A stretch of 52,859 nucleotides of DNA, counting the filler, from Sphacelaria rigidula (lineage: Eukaryota), in the NCBI GenBank assembly GCA_964200075.2. It is 3 parts of 3 records of this genome, joined end to end, with 100 filler letters (N's around TTAATTAATTAA, not from the genome) between each part and the next. Parts side by side here need not be neighbours in the genome. Positions count along the whole stretch, not along the records: positions 1 to 17,554 come from CAXNAA020001045.1; 2 more parts are not named here. One strand, 5' to 3'. The notes under the pieces are model-generated. The model was not told the origin of the DNA. It searched no databases and saw only the letters and a list, made by a program, of their open reading frames with translations. Numbering within the stretch: the first letter of the stretch is position 1; each line of letters opens with the position of its first letter. The translations under genes were made by a program, and so were the position numbers. Below are positions 1-10,800 of this stretch, one piece after another.

Positions 1-1526
1 AGAAGCAGTTTTGTACAGATCGAACCCCAGGTCTGCACGCAGCTTAAAAAATGCGGGAGGTCTGGAACTGGCCGTTAGTCCAAGGCCTCTGTGACGCCAC
101 AGACAAGACGCAACAAGGCAACACAACACCTACACACCCAGCCCCGACAAAAACACGCACAGACACCCACCACTCTCGCATATTACTTCCACCACTAGCC
201 CCCACTAATCTACACACGGCAGTCGTTGTTCGACGGAAATCCGTTCTGTATTGGACGAATGGCGGCCGCGTGCGTGTCAAAAAAGCCGAAAACGTGCCGT
301 TGCTCACCGTTTGTAAGCGTGCGCGTGGGTCTCGCACAAACCATCGTTTGTCAATGAATTATGAACAGATTTGAGCACGGTCACGAACAACGTGCGCAGG
401 TGATGAGCAGCTACGACTCAAGCCATGTTTTCTTGGTTTGCGGGGGCACCAAGTTCCTCAGGTTCAGCTCTGATTGTGTTGGGTTGTGTGGTGAGCGTTT
501 CCATGTGCTCCTGTCAACCGAAATGTATGTATGTTCCCGTTCAAGGTGTCCGAAAAACCCCTATTCGAAAGGAGATTTCAAAAAGTGTTTTTGCGCCTCC
601 TGAAATCCACCTAAAACGGGGCATTTCTGGGTACGTTTGAGGTTTTTGTTTTGGGGGGGGGGGGGGACGTACTCATTTGTTTCTTGCCTTCGTCGTTTGA
701 CAATAGACCACTGATCCCTTTCGAGACGGAGCAAGGGGGGCATCGCAGCGACCAATCAGCGATCGTTTTTGAGAAAGAGGATTTGAAAAAAAGGGGGGGA
801 ATCCCGTTCGATGAAAAGGGCACTGAGAGAGTACAACAGCATGTTACTGTACTTCTGTACTTTGCGTTGGTTGTTCTGGCTCTGCATTGAAAGTGTGATG
901 CAGGTCATCACAGTCGGGGTGGTCATGCGGCACTGACCAGACACAAGTGTTCCTAGGTTGCATAGATGTCGATGATGCACCCGGGTGAACATATAATTTT
1001 TCTGCTTCGCGGACAGTCGGGTAGAGTTCAAGGGCAGGTCGAGTAGAGTATGTATTTTTGAGTATGCTCCTAACATCCTCCTTGGAGGAAAATAACAAAC
1101 GAACGACTATTTTTTATATTACCTTCACACTAACTACTGTAGTTCGCCATTTTTGAGTTGTGTGCTTTGAGCCGAAATGCACCCACTGGATTATAGCCCT
1201 TTACAGAGCACATGCCGCGCTCAGCAGGAAAAGTCGGACTATGGCCTATTATTTCTTCTGCAGGTTTTGGGAGTCGGCTTGAAATGCACGTGGAAAGAAG
1301 GATCAACCCCGGGATGTCTCACTGGTGCGGAGGTGTATGTGGCGTCTCAATAGGAATAGCGTTACCTTCACGCACGATTTCTCCCTGTCAAGGATGTAGT
1401 CTAAAATCAAGTGTATCCCAAGAAACGAACGAAAAGGGGCGATGGTTCAGGATGGTTAGTAGAGTGTCGCCAAACACCCCGGACACTTTTCGTAGGCTAG
1501 CAACCCCCCCGCCTTTGGCACCCCTA

Positions 1527-1830
1527 CACACGCAGCCATTTGGCTACCCCCCAAAATGCCTCCGGGGGAATGCGCGGCCCTTCAGAGGCAAGACAAGCCT
1601 CCGCAGGCCTTCAATCCCTCTGGAGGAAATCAAACACTACCGGCCTGGAGGGCCGCGCACCCCTACGGAGGCAAAAACAAGCGTCCCGGTGCGTTTAATC
1701 CCTCTGGAGACAACAAAAAAGTATTCCTTTGGAGGGCCGCGCACCCCTCCAGAGGCGTTCAGTTCCTCTGGAGGCTCGAAAAGTTTACCGCCCTGGAGGA
1801 ATTTTGGGGATAGCCAAATGGCCGCGTGTC
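1527..1830. mobile_element. MITE with ~40-bp TIRs, TA flanks and internal tandem repeats
   Basis: acacgcagccatttggctaccccccaaaatgcctccgggg (1528-1567) is the imperfect reverse complement of ccctggaggaattttggggatagccaaatggccgcgtgt (1792-1829). TA lies on both sides. The interior has three imperfect units spaced about 65-85 bp (ttyaatccctctggag...ggagggccgcgcacccc). Confidence 0.75.
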
Positions 1831-2021
1831 TAACGCTCATCACGTTAGCTGTGGGGCTGGAAGCCCATATTTGCTTATACTTTGTACTTCTTAGTTACGG
1901 TTAAGGTCGTTTTCGCTTCTCGCAATTTCGTTCTGAATCACCACCCGTGCGAGAACAGTGGCGTTGGTACCTGCGGCGGTACTGCCACGTGCGTCAGCCG
2001 TGGCTTACCACTAGTTATTAT

Positions 2022-2063
<42 letters not shown>
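2022..2063. repeat. (ACT)n microsatellite
   Basis: Direct reading of tandem ACT units. Confidence 0.95.
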
Positions 2064-2066
<3 letters not shown>

Positions 2067-2564
2067 CATTTCTATTAATATTTCCGCATATCAGTCCGAT
2101 CTCGCGTACCCGTGGTCACAGAAGTAGACTCGTCTTTCCAATACCATTCCTGCTATTCTTTACGAGACATATCACCAAAAATGAAAATAAGAAGAGAGAC
2201 ACCACGAGGACATGTGAGAAGTAGTCAACATGTGCCAGATATTCATGCGTAGCTGGGGCTCTCACGTTTTGACAAGAACGTCGAAGCCCTTGAAAGCCTT
2301 GAACTCCCTGTCCGTTGTTAGAACGTCCTTGGAACCAGGCGTGGCAACAATCAGCTCGTGCCGTCCGAGCACGAACAGTTCATCTTCCCTTGCTTCCAAG
2401 GCAGAGTTGACATTCCTGCGTCAAGCATTATAGTGCACGAATGCCCCAAGAGAACGTCACGGTTACACTTGAATCACGAACTTACCCTTTCCACACTAGA
2501 GTGAAATACACGCTCCCGATTGCTGGACTTCACTGCGTTCGTCCGAGTATACACCTAGCCGGTC

Positions 2565-2907
2565 GCCCCGGTGGCTCAGTTGGTAACCTCGTAACCTTCT
2601 GATGGTTGAGTTGTGAGGTTCGATTCTCGGAGCGATCTGGGAATTTTTCTTACACCGTGCCCAACAGTGTAGAGCGACTATGCCGTGGGTACACAAAATT
2701 CGACGTCACAGTCGACGAGGGATTGGGAATGCTGAACCCCTTTCGCGATAAAAAAAAGAAGGCAAACACCGCAGAAAAACAAATAAAAATAAAGTAAAAA
2801 GCTCCTGTGTTGACCATCCTCCTGTGTGACCCCGGCTGATGTGCCAACATATTCCGAAAGGGGTAGACTGGCGCCCAGAATTAAGGGGACGACGACACAC
2901 ACACACC
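2565..2907 (+). mobile_element. tRNA-derived SINE, family A (copy with head)
   Basis: tRNA-like head GCCCCGGTGGCTCAGTTGG (A box) ... GGTTCGATTC (B box), with an anticodon-like hairpin aacc-ttctgat-ggtt. A ~220-bp 3' region follows that is shared with four other copies, ending in an (AC)n tail. Confidence 0.75.
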
Positions 2908-3553
2908 TGATGGCAACAGCACAACTCGAGATTTTTCATTAGACTCAAAAGAATGACACAGCGACATGACAGTCAGTACAACACGTGCAAAACACCAGCG
3001 CCCTCGTCCATGCAGGGTCTAAGTGTGACGCAACCTTCGCCCATCCGATGATCTTGGAAAGGGCGGTCCTCACGCACTACCCATTACCCGAACCCACCTG
3101 ATTGTCTCCATGAGCTTGTCACTGTCTACATATCCTGCTTCCTCCTCAGGGCCGTCGCCAGCTGCTCGGGTCACGGTCACCTCCAATTTGTGGAATCTCC
3201 ACAAAATATCGTAGCACGTCAGTCCACATTTGGTAACTTGATCTCGAATGATTTTCTCCGCCTAAACATGGGGAAAGCAGGCGAGACAGGGGTCACGTGA
3301 CATATCGTCCTCTCCATCGTCGTACTAAAGCACATTTTGCATAAATATACTCGGCCGAGGCACGTTTCGGATGAAAAATCAAGCATGCACAAGAACAACC
3401 GAATATCTGTGCAAGCAACGACTTTCCTAAAGATAACCTGACAAATACAACAAAGTTATGACCATTAGTCAGATGGCAATAAAGGGCGCACAAAATGCGT
3501 CCAGTTCACAAGTGCCGCTCCTCCGAGTGGATCACAATGTCGGGTGAAGAGAT

Positions 3554-3896
3554 CAATGCTGAAAATCGTGTATCGAAATATCGAGCATCGCCGTGATTTT
3601 TGGCGATTCTCAGCATCAGAATCGCGAGCTGGTAAGCCGATACTTTCGATACGCAAACTGGTCATCTCGGGGGGGCCGTCTGCTGAAAGGGGGAGGGGGT
3701 AGTGCATCCACGTCATCGATCTCCCCCTTTTCTTGCGAAAATGACCATTCAAAGCAGCAAAAAAGGCCCACAAAACCAGAGAACCGGTTGTTTGGCCACT
3801 CTCCGAGTATCGACAAAAATATCGATATCGACGTTTTCTCGTCGATATTTGAAAAAATCGTATCGAACTTTTTATTCCGTTCGATTTTCAACACTG
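3554..3896. mobile_element. Possible hAT-like MITE with TATCGA-rich subterminal repeats
   Basis: caatgctgaaaatcg (3554) versus cgattttcaacactg (ends 3896). Many ATCGA/TCGAT motifs near both ends. No convincing TSD. Confidence 0.45.
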
Positions 3897-5322
3897 AAAT
3901 ATTCACAAAAGGCGGACAAACTCGCCTCTAGTCTCCACGGGGCGTCTGATGGATCATCCATGCCAGCAATGATCCCAGCAACCTCGGGAAACTCCTGTCA
4001 AGTTCACAGCAAAGTGACACGAAAGGGATGTGAAACGTTGGACAACAGGATATATCTGGCACGCCGCTAGATAAGAAAAGAAACGAGGATGGTACGTCAA
4101 GGCAACCTGAACAGATTGCAGTTGACCCCTCAAACATGTAGGTCTTCGCGAAGCTGTAGCATTGAAAAATTCGGGCACCGGAAAGCAACCGTCACCACGA
4201 CAACGATTTCATGTGATGACCATCACTTCTCATCTTGTTTTGTTGCACTGCAACGCGTTCTGAAGCACCGGCCGTAACTGTGTAGACCGAGTCAACGCTA
4301 TCTACAGCTGCCCTCCCCCCTGTTGCATGCCAAAGCCATCGTGTGAGTAGGAACACACTAAATCTTCGTCCGCCAACAACTGACGCTCACTGGAGTTTGC
4401 AGCTTATTTCATTGCGTCGTTTGATAAAGCACGAACACACTTTGTCTTCTCCAGGACACTTTTCAAACCTCTTGTCCTTGATTCGGCTGATCTTCCAGCT
4501 TGACATCGGTGCCTTCAAAGGGATCCACACCTCCGATTATTTTGCCAAAGCGGTCCACCACCACTTTGCCGATATCTGGAAACTTCTTTCCGACCTGGGC
4601 AGCACAGAATTGGATCGGAACGTGATAAGGACAGCCGTCATCGCCACCTACAATAATGATTCTTGATCGGCTTCCACCAAGTGACAGACAACATTCGGTG
4701 CATCTCCACATCAGACATGAACTTGCGTTTCACGCTGCCTGCGCGGGCGCGCGTCAAAGTACCTACAGGACTGTACAGTACACCACACCACTGCGCGAGG
4801 ACCACCGCATGCGCATGTGCTGAATTTTCATAATGTTTAGGATACTTGAGCCATCCACAATTTTGGTGGGTCACACTTTCATGGCACGAATTCAGCGAAA
4901 GGTGTGTCACGGGTGCGAGCCGTAGGAAGAACGCAGGCACGTGTACTCCGACACGCCCACCTCTTGAGCCAGTCTTCTCTTTGATTCCTCCCTGTCGAGG
5001 TAGTCTTCGTCGGCGGAGCTGTATTTTCTCCGTCTTTTCCGACGTTTCATCACAATGCCCTCCTGCACAAGGGTCTCCTGCTCCTCATCTTCGTCTTCAT
5101 CCTGATCAGGATTTTCATTGGTCACTGCTTGGTCTCCTTGTTGATCAACTTCCTGTCATTCCAACCAAGTCAATCAGCGTCAGCCACCATCTTGAGGTCA
5201 AGCGACTCGTGGACATTTTTTGGACCAAGAAAATAGACTTCCTTTCCCATAAGTGAAGATATTTGGATCCACAAGGAGCGTTCACCCCGATGACTCGTGT
5301 GTGCCACAAAAAGTTGATACTG

Positions 5323-5511
5323 TTTTTTTTTTTTCTGTCGCACTTTGAACCCCTCCCCTTCCTCGTGATGAGTCCGTGGTTTCAAGGCATCAATCAACCC
5401 ATCTCTCCCCCGATACACGCCTTGCATTTTGGTCTCGCGGATTGGGTCAGCACTCCCGCACCACGTCAACTCACGTCAATCAAACTCAGTCAACTACTTT
5501 GTTCACTCACG
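5323..5511 (-). mobile_element. SINE family B, 5'-truncated copy
   Basis: Reverse complement matches ~31778-31954 (cgtgagtraacaaag...gagaccaaaatgcaaggcgtg...ggggttcaaag). The T-run at 5323-5334 is its A-tail. Confidence 0.7.
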
Positions 5512-5533
5512 AGGCGTCACATTTTTTGCTGCT

Positions 5534-5768
5534 ACACACAAAATTCGACTCAATGGTCGACGAGGGACAGGGACTGCTGAACCCCTTTTGTGATAAAAAA
5601 TAAAAGACAAGCACCGCAGAAGGAAGGTCGAGTACTAAAAACAAACAAACAAAAAAGAAAACTCCTGTGTTGACCTTTCTCCTGTGTGACCCCGGCTGGT
5701 GCGCCCACATATACCGAAAGGTGCAGACTGGCGTCCAGAATAGATGGGACGACAACACAGACACACAT
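5534..5768 (+). mobile_element. SINE family A, 3' portion
   Basis: Matches ~2690-2907 (acacaaaattcgac...ctcctgtgtgaccccggctg...ataccgaaagg...ccagaat...gacgacaacacagacacac). Confidence 0.8.
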
Positions 5769-6812
5769 CTACACTTTTCAAGGGGACGCAAGCCTAAAAA
5801 CCGCAATTTTTCTTGCCTCCGGCGGCGCTCCCACGAGACCCCCTCATCAGCCGCGGGGGGGGGGGGCGTTGAGCCGATTAACTGCAAAGACATCGACGTA
5901 CTAGCCGCGCCAGCGGCCAGTTCAAACTTAACTGGCAAGAGCTGCCAGTTCACGGCCCTACCGATCTTCAGTTTTGGATTATGACGAGAGTATGACATTA
6001 CGGCCAGGTCCACGAGGCCACCAAGTGTGGGATGAAATTACTTGAGTTCATTCTGGTCACAAATATACTTGATTCCAGTGTAGTCAATAACCACTTTGTT
6101 CCAGTGTATTCTACAACTACTTGCTTCGAGTTTGGGCAAAAACTAGTTGGTTATAATATGGTCAACCACAACTTGATTTAGTGTGGTGAATAAGTACTCG
6201 GTTTGAGTATTGCCAATCACCACTAGCCTCGGCCCCTGCTGTGGTTGAGCAGCCGCTATACCCCGTGATTTTTCCATTGTCGTCATCCATGGTATCCATG
6301 GTGTAATAACCCCTGAAAACTGGTGTACTTTCCCCTCACTCTCAGCCTCTCGCCCATGATGACATTTTTCATTTTCTGGCTCCTGGCCTGCCGTTGGTAC
6401 AGCAGGCCCTCTTGGTGTATACAATACGAAGACGCCTTTAAAAACTTGCGCGAATGCCAGCAGACGAAAAACCGGAACCATACCATGGATCGAGAAAGGG
6501 TGCAGAACTCTTATCGAAAAATCATTTTACCACAACGATCTTCCATCGGTACCCGTCGTGGCGAGGTGGTCGTGAGGGATACTCGACATCTCGCACCCCA
6601 AAGGATTTTTTAACCGCGATCACAGCACGTGAGAAACCGATATGTGTGGAACTCATGTCTATGGGGCTGGGTACGCGGGTGGAAATGGGCACCTAACGCC
6701 TACATGCTCAAAAAGAGGGCGGGGATGAGTGCTTCAAGAATGCTATCGGCGGTACGTTCCGACACGGTACAGGCTGGCCCAGCCTACGAGCGGATTTGTA
6801 CTCTGAAGGCGG

Positions 6813-7072
6813 ATTCGCAATTTTTTTCTTGGAGTTGGAAAATGAAATTTGGTATGGACAATCAACAGCGCATGAAAAAAAGCTGTCTGCGAGGTCCCAA
6901 CGATTATTTTTTTCGTACGTTAAGGGCATTTTACTAAAACCTCAAAACTGATTTTTGCCCTTAATTCACGAAAAACAAAAATCGTTGAGACCTCACAGAC
7001 AGCTTTTTCTCATGCACTGTTGATTGTCCATACCAAATTTCACATTCCAACTAAAAGAAAAAAATTGCGAAT
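6813..7072. repeat. Long inverted repeat / foldback hairpin (~115-bp arms, ~27-bp loop)
   Basis: 6813-6928 (attcgcaattttttt...gaaatttggtatggacaatcaacag...taagggca) is the imperfect reverse complement of 6956-7072. Confidence 0.9.
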
Positions 7073-7899
7073 TTACATTTGAAAAACCGTGGCGGTGGAA
7101 ATTCGAAACAGTATTTTGCAGGACGTTCATCGGCCCACGTTTGGTGTTTGTGGGTTGAAACTTTGTGTGAGACCTTGCTAGGTCGTGATGAACCAAGAAA
7201 ATGGGTGAGGTTGGGTTTTATCTTATTTTTTCACTGATTGAGGGCATTTTAGTATGGTAACGATGATTTTTTTACGAGCACGCCAGAACCTCCCATGGAA
7301 AAAAAAAATGAGGGCCCATTTATTTTTTTACTCAGCATACCCCTGTCGTTCTCCGTGCCAAGTTTCAAATTACAAGTCTAAAATTGAGCTGAAAAATTGA
7401 GGTAAGGCCCAAGAGCGATGTTCATTTCTGCTCAAAATCCCCCTAAGAACACGAAAAAATATGAGAAAAAAACGAAAAACACCCGAAAAAGCCGTGTGTT
7501 ATATTCCATAGTGCACTAGCGGTTCTCCATACCAATTTCATAGCACAACTCAAAAAAACTGAGACGCGATATCCAGGTTTAGGTCATCTAGTGCCTCTGG
7601 TCGTAATATACTGATTTTAGTATTAAACCGTCTGTGCGCCATTTCTCGAGATAGATAACGAATTAGGTGAAAGTGAGGGTATCTATCGTCTCCCCGTGCT
7701 TCAGGGAAGGTCCACACCAAAAATCGTCATCATCCGCTTGATCGATCGTTCGGGATTTCATTTAGATTTCGATGTGGACGCTATCTCCGCTAGGTATAGG
7801 AATTGCTGTACATGGGGTTTACTCGACGAGGAAAAATTGGCCCAGATTTTTGAGCAGATGGGCATCTTCTCCTTACTCAGACGATGAATACGATATGCT

Positions 7900-10800
7900 G
7901 ATGACGGCCCAACTCGTCTGTGTCGTTGAGATATCGCTTTTAGAGCTTAAATCCGTTTTTAGGCTGGTCCAGCCTGTACGGTGTAGGACGAATGTTATGG
8001 TGTGACACGTGTGTCCTTTCGTATTGAATGCAGTGAATAGACTGTCATGTACGGTGCTGTTTCGTACGTGAGTATTTCATCCGTGGATTTGGCACCTAGT
8101 ACTGGGCTGGTACCACTTACTGTTACGCTGCACAATCAAATGAAACACGGAGCGTGAAGAGGATCCCGGTAGGACTTACGGCATGTACGTGCCTTGTGTG
8201 TAAAGCTGTGTTATATACCCTGGACGGGTGCCCCGCAAACCGACTTACTTGTTCGAACAGTACTGTACTCACATTCTCTTCGACTTCCTCTGGCTCTTCA
8301 GGTTCCTCAATACCGAAAATCTTGCCACCTACGTTTAATCGTGTTTGTGCCGTTCGGTGCTCACGTGTTGGAACTGCCGCGCAGGATCTGCTGAGCGAAG
8401 GGCACGGGCACAAAATGCTTTATCACATCGCGGGGTAGGAACGGAAGATACCATCCGTCGGCTGCTGCTGCACACTACTGTGCACAACAGTAGTCTGGTG
8501 TTGTGCGGCCCTACTACACTGTGCTGTCATGCACTTTCCCAGATACGTCAACCATGAACTCACCTTGTCGGGGGCGTACATCGATTCAATCGATTATATA
8601 TCACGGGCTGTATGAAACCGCATAGGCATGGGATAGTCGCCAACGCAACAACAGCTTCGAGCGCGTAGATCATGCTTGGTCAACGAATGCCGGCCTTCCG
8701 TACATCAACAGTGAACACCTTCGTTTTTCTACAGCACATCAGTTTTGCTCAGACCCGTAGCCATGCCAATACAACAGTATTGGCGAATTGGTTCATTGTA
8801 ACAATTGCATAATACCTCCTCTGCCCCACAAGATAAGCCCGTGTGGAATATCTCATTGGATAAGACCATGGTGAAGTATTGCGATAATTTACCCAATACA
8901 TTTGTTTTCGATATAATACAGACCTCCACCATGTCTTCCACATATATGTGGTTGACATCGTGTAAAACAAATATGTACAGTGTACAGCCCCAGGGGATCA
9001 CATGTTATCATCCCCGGCGTGAAAAAATCACAAAGTGGGGTTATGTAATGAGATTCTCCGAAGGGAACCCAGAGTGGCAGACCTTCGGCCCAATGTGCGA
9101 TACGGGAAGTACAGAGAACCTTTCTTCGGTGCTCAGACCCACGGTAGCGTGTTTCGAGGTGTTGGGGACATGTGTGAGAACAAGAAGACCCTCCAGACCC
9201 GGGGACAACGTGATATTGTCCCCGGGATGGACGTCCTCGCTTTTTGACAGCTGCTGCCCTTGGGAGTGCGGACTGTTGCGTGCTCAAATAGTGCTGTAGT
9301 GCGGCAGACTAAAAAATGACGGTTTCGGGCGGTTCTCCGAAACGCCTCGGGAACCATTGAAACAAAACGTTTCTCCAAAATTTGATGGGAAGGCCGTCAA
9401 CCGGTAGATTCCGGTTGTGCACGACCGACACACTGTGATCGCCGTGAGTGTAGCTGCTTGTCTATTGGGGGCTCAGCAAAAGCCTCGGTTTGTTCTGCTC
9501 CAAAACTTCACGAGAACAACAAAAAACGCTCGGAAAAAGCCGAGAATACTCACAAGAAACGCGGCAAAACCTTCAAACGGGCTCATTTTGTGGGACAGAG
9601 GAAGGACACAAATATGGATTGGTTGCCGTAAAAAATTGTCTGATTCCATGTACCGAAGTCGAAAGTTCAATTCTCAGAAGCTGAGGTGAGGGTGGGCCTG
9701 CAACCTACTGCTAGGCTGGCCCAGCACGTGAGGACTGTGAAGATAACTTGCATATATCGCGTGATTTCAATCACACCACGAGGAGAGAACCGGGAATGCT
9801 CACGTCGGCTCCCGTATAGACCGCTTCTCGTGCCGCAAAATCATCTCTTCAGAAAAGCCTATTTTGGTGAAGCAGCGCCGATTTTCAGAGGAGAAAGGAG
9901 CCTGGGTGGTCGGTCGATTGTACAACGTCGGAAAGACTTGCTATTGATGAACTTTCCGAGAAGATTCCAGCGTACTTCTCCCATCTTTAGTGTGCCCAGC
10001 TTGACCTTCGGCCGTAAAAACGACATCTCGAACAACCCTCTAATTAAAGACACATATTTATCCGAATCAGTATAATACTGCTTAGTGTGTGTTTGCGGGA
10101 ACTCCAAGGTTATTGTGGGTTGTTTGCAAAATCGCTTCTCCGGCCACAATCAAAGTGAGCCGTGCGAGACTTTGCTCCAAGAGTACAGCAAGCCTTTGCG
10201 GGGCAGCACAGTCCGCTAGGCCCCGTATTCCGCTCAAAATCGACGCTGGATCGCCAACATAAACTTGTGTGAAGAGATTCTTGTTCGTAGCACAACCAGC
10301 AGCCTGTCTTGGACCGCTTCCTACGGTTTGGCAAAAAAACACAAAGTATTTGATCGACAAAGGCCTTTTTTGTCCTTCTGCGCCGTTTTACGCCCCGAGA
10401 GAGGGCTAGGCGGATCTTGACACCTTGGAGTGACTTGGTCTACTCGTTGGGGCGGCTGTCACAGGACATCTTTGCGTTCCTTGCGGGAGTTTTTATCCGT
10501 GGCCAAACTTGCATTTTTGTCCAATGACGGTCAAGCCCCCCAAAAAGCTGCGACTACCGGCAAACGCAAAGGTGCCCTAGAACGGTATCTCAACGAGTAG
10601 AGCAACTTACTCCAAGGTGTCGAATCCGCCTGCTCGTCTTATGGAGGCGTGAAACGACGCAGTTTTTGTTCTTGTTTGCCATCATCATCACCAGACGCGG
10701 TTTTTACCATTATATTATAGAGGAATCTTACAGTCGAGGTTCCCGGCATATTTGACAGAAATTTACCGTCAAAGATATGCCGGGAGCATCGACTTCGAGA

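Larger units (their letters stand above)
756..5260 (-). pseudogene. Multi-exon gene of unknown function, upstream exons disrupted
   Basis: Three consecutive open, phase-compatible exons with AG/GT sites: 3261-3098 (AEKIIRDQVTKCGLTCYDILWRFHKLEV...METIR), 2415-2266 (NVNSALEAREDELFVLGRHELIV...DVLVKT) and 1080 onward (RMLGAYSKIHTLLDLPLNSTRL...). Upstream candidate exons (~4067-3926, ~4650-4440, ~5260-4940, acidic DEDEDEEQE) contain frameshifts or stops. No recognisable domain. Confidence 0.55.

Noticed and set aside
844-1098. JmjC/cupin-like motif EKLYVHPG...H..NLG
   Set aside because: It needs a frameshift, the spacing is wrong, and the splice phase favours the other reading frame.
1212-1904. 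230-aa ORF as a gene
   Set aside because: It overlaps a MITE with internal repeats inside a predicted intron and has no protein-like features.
2565-2637. Functional tRNA gene (CTG anticodon-like)
   Set aside because: The T-arm and acceptor 3' side are shortened, and it is fused to a multicopy tail; better explained as a SINE head. The same applies to 31658-31726.
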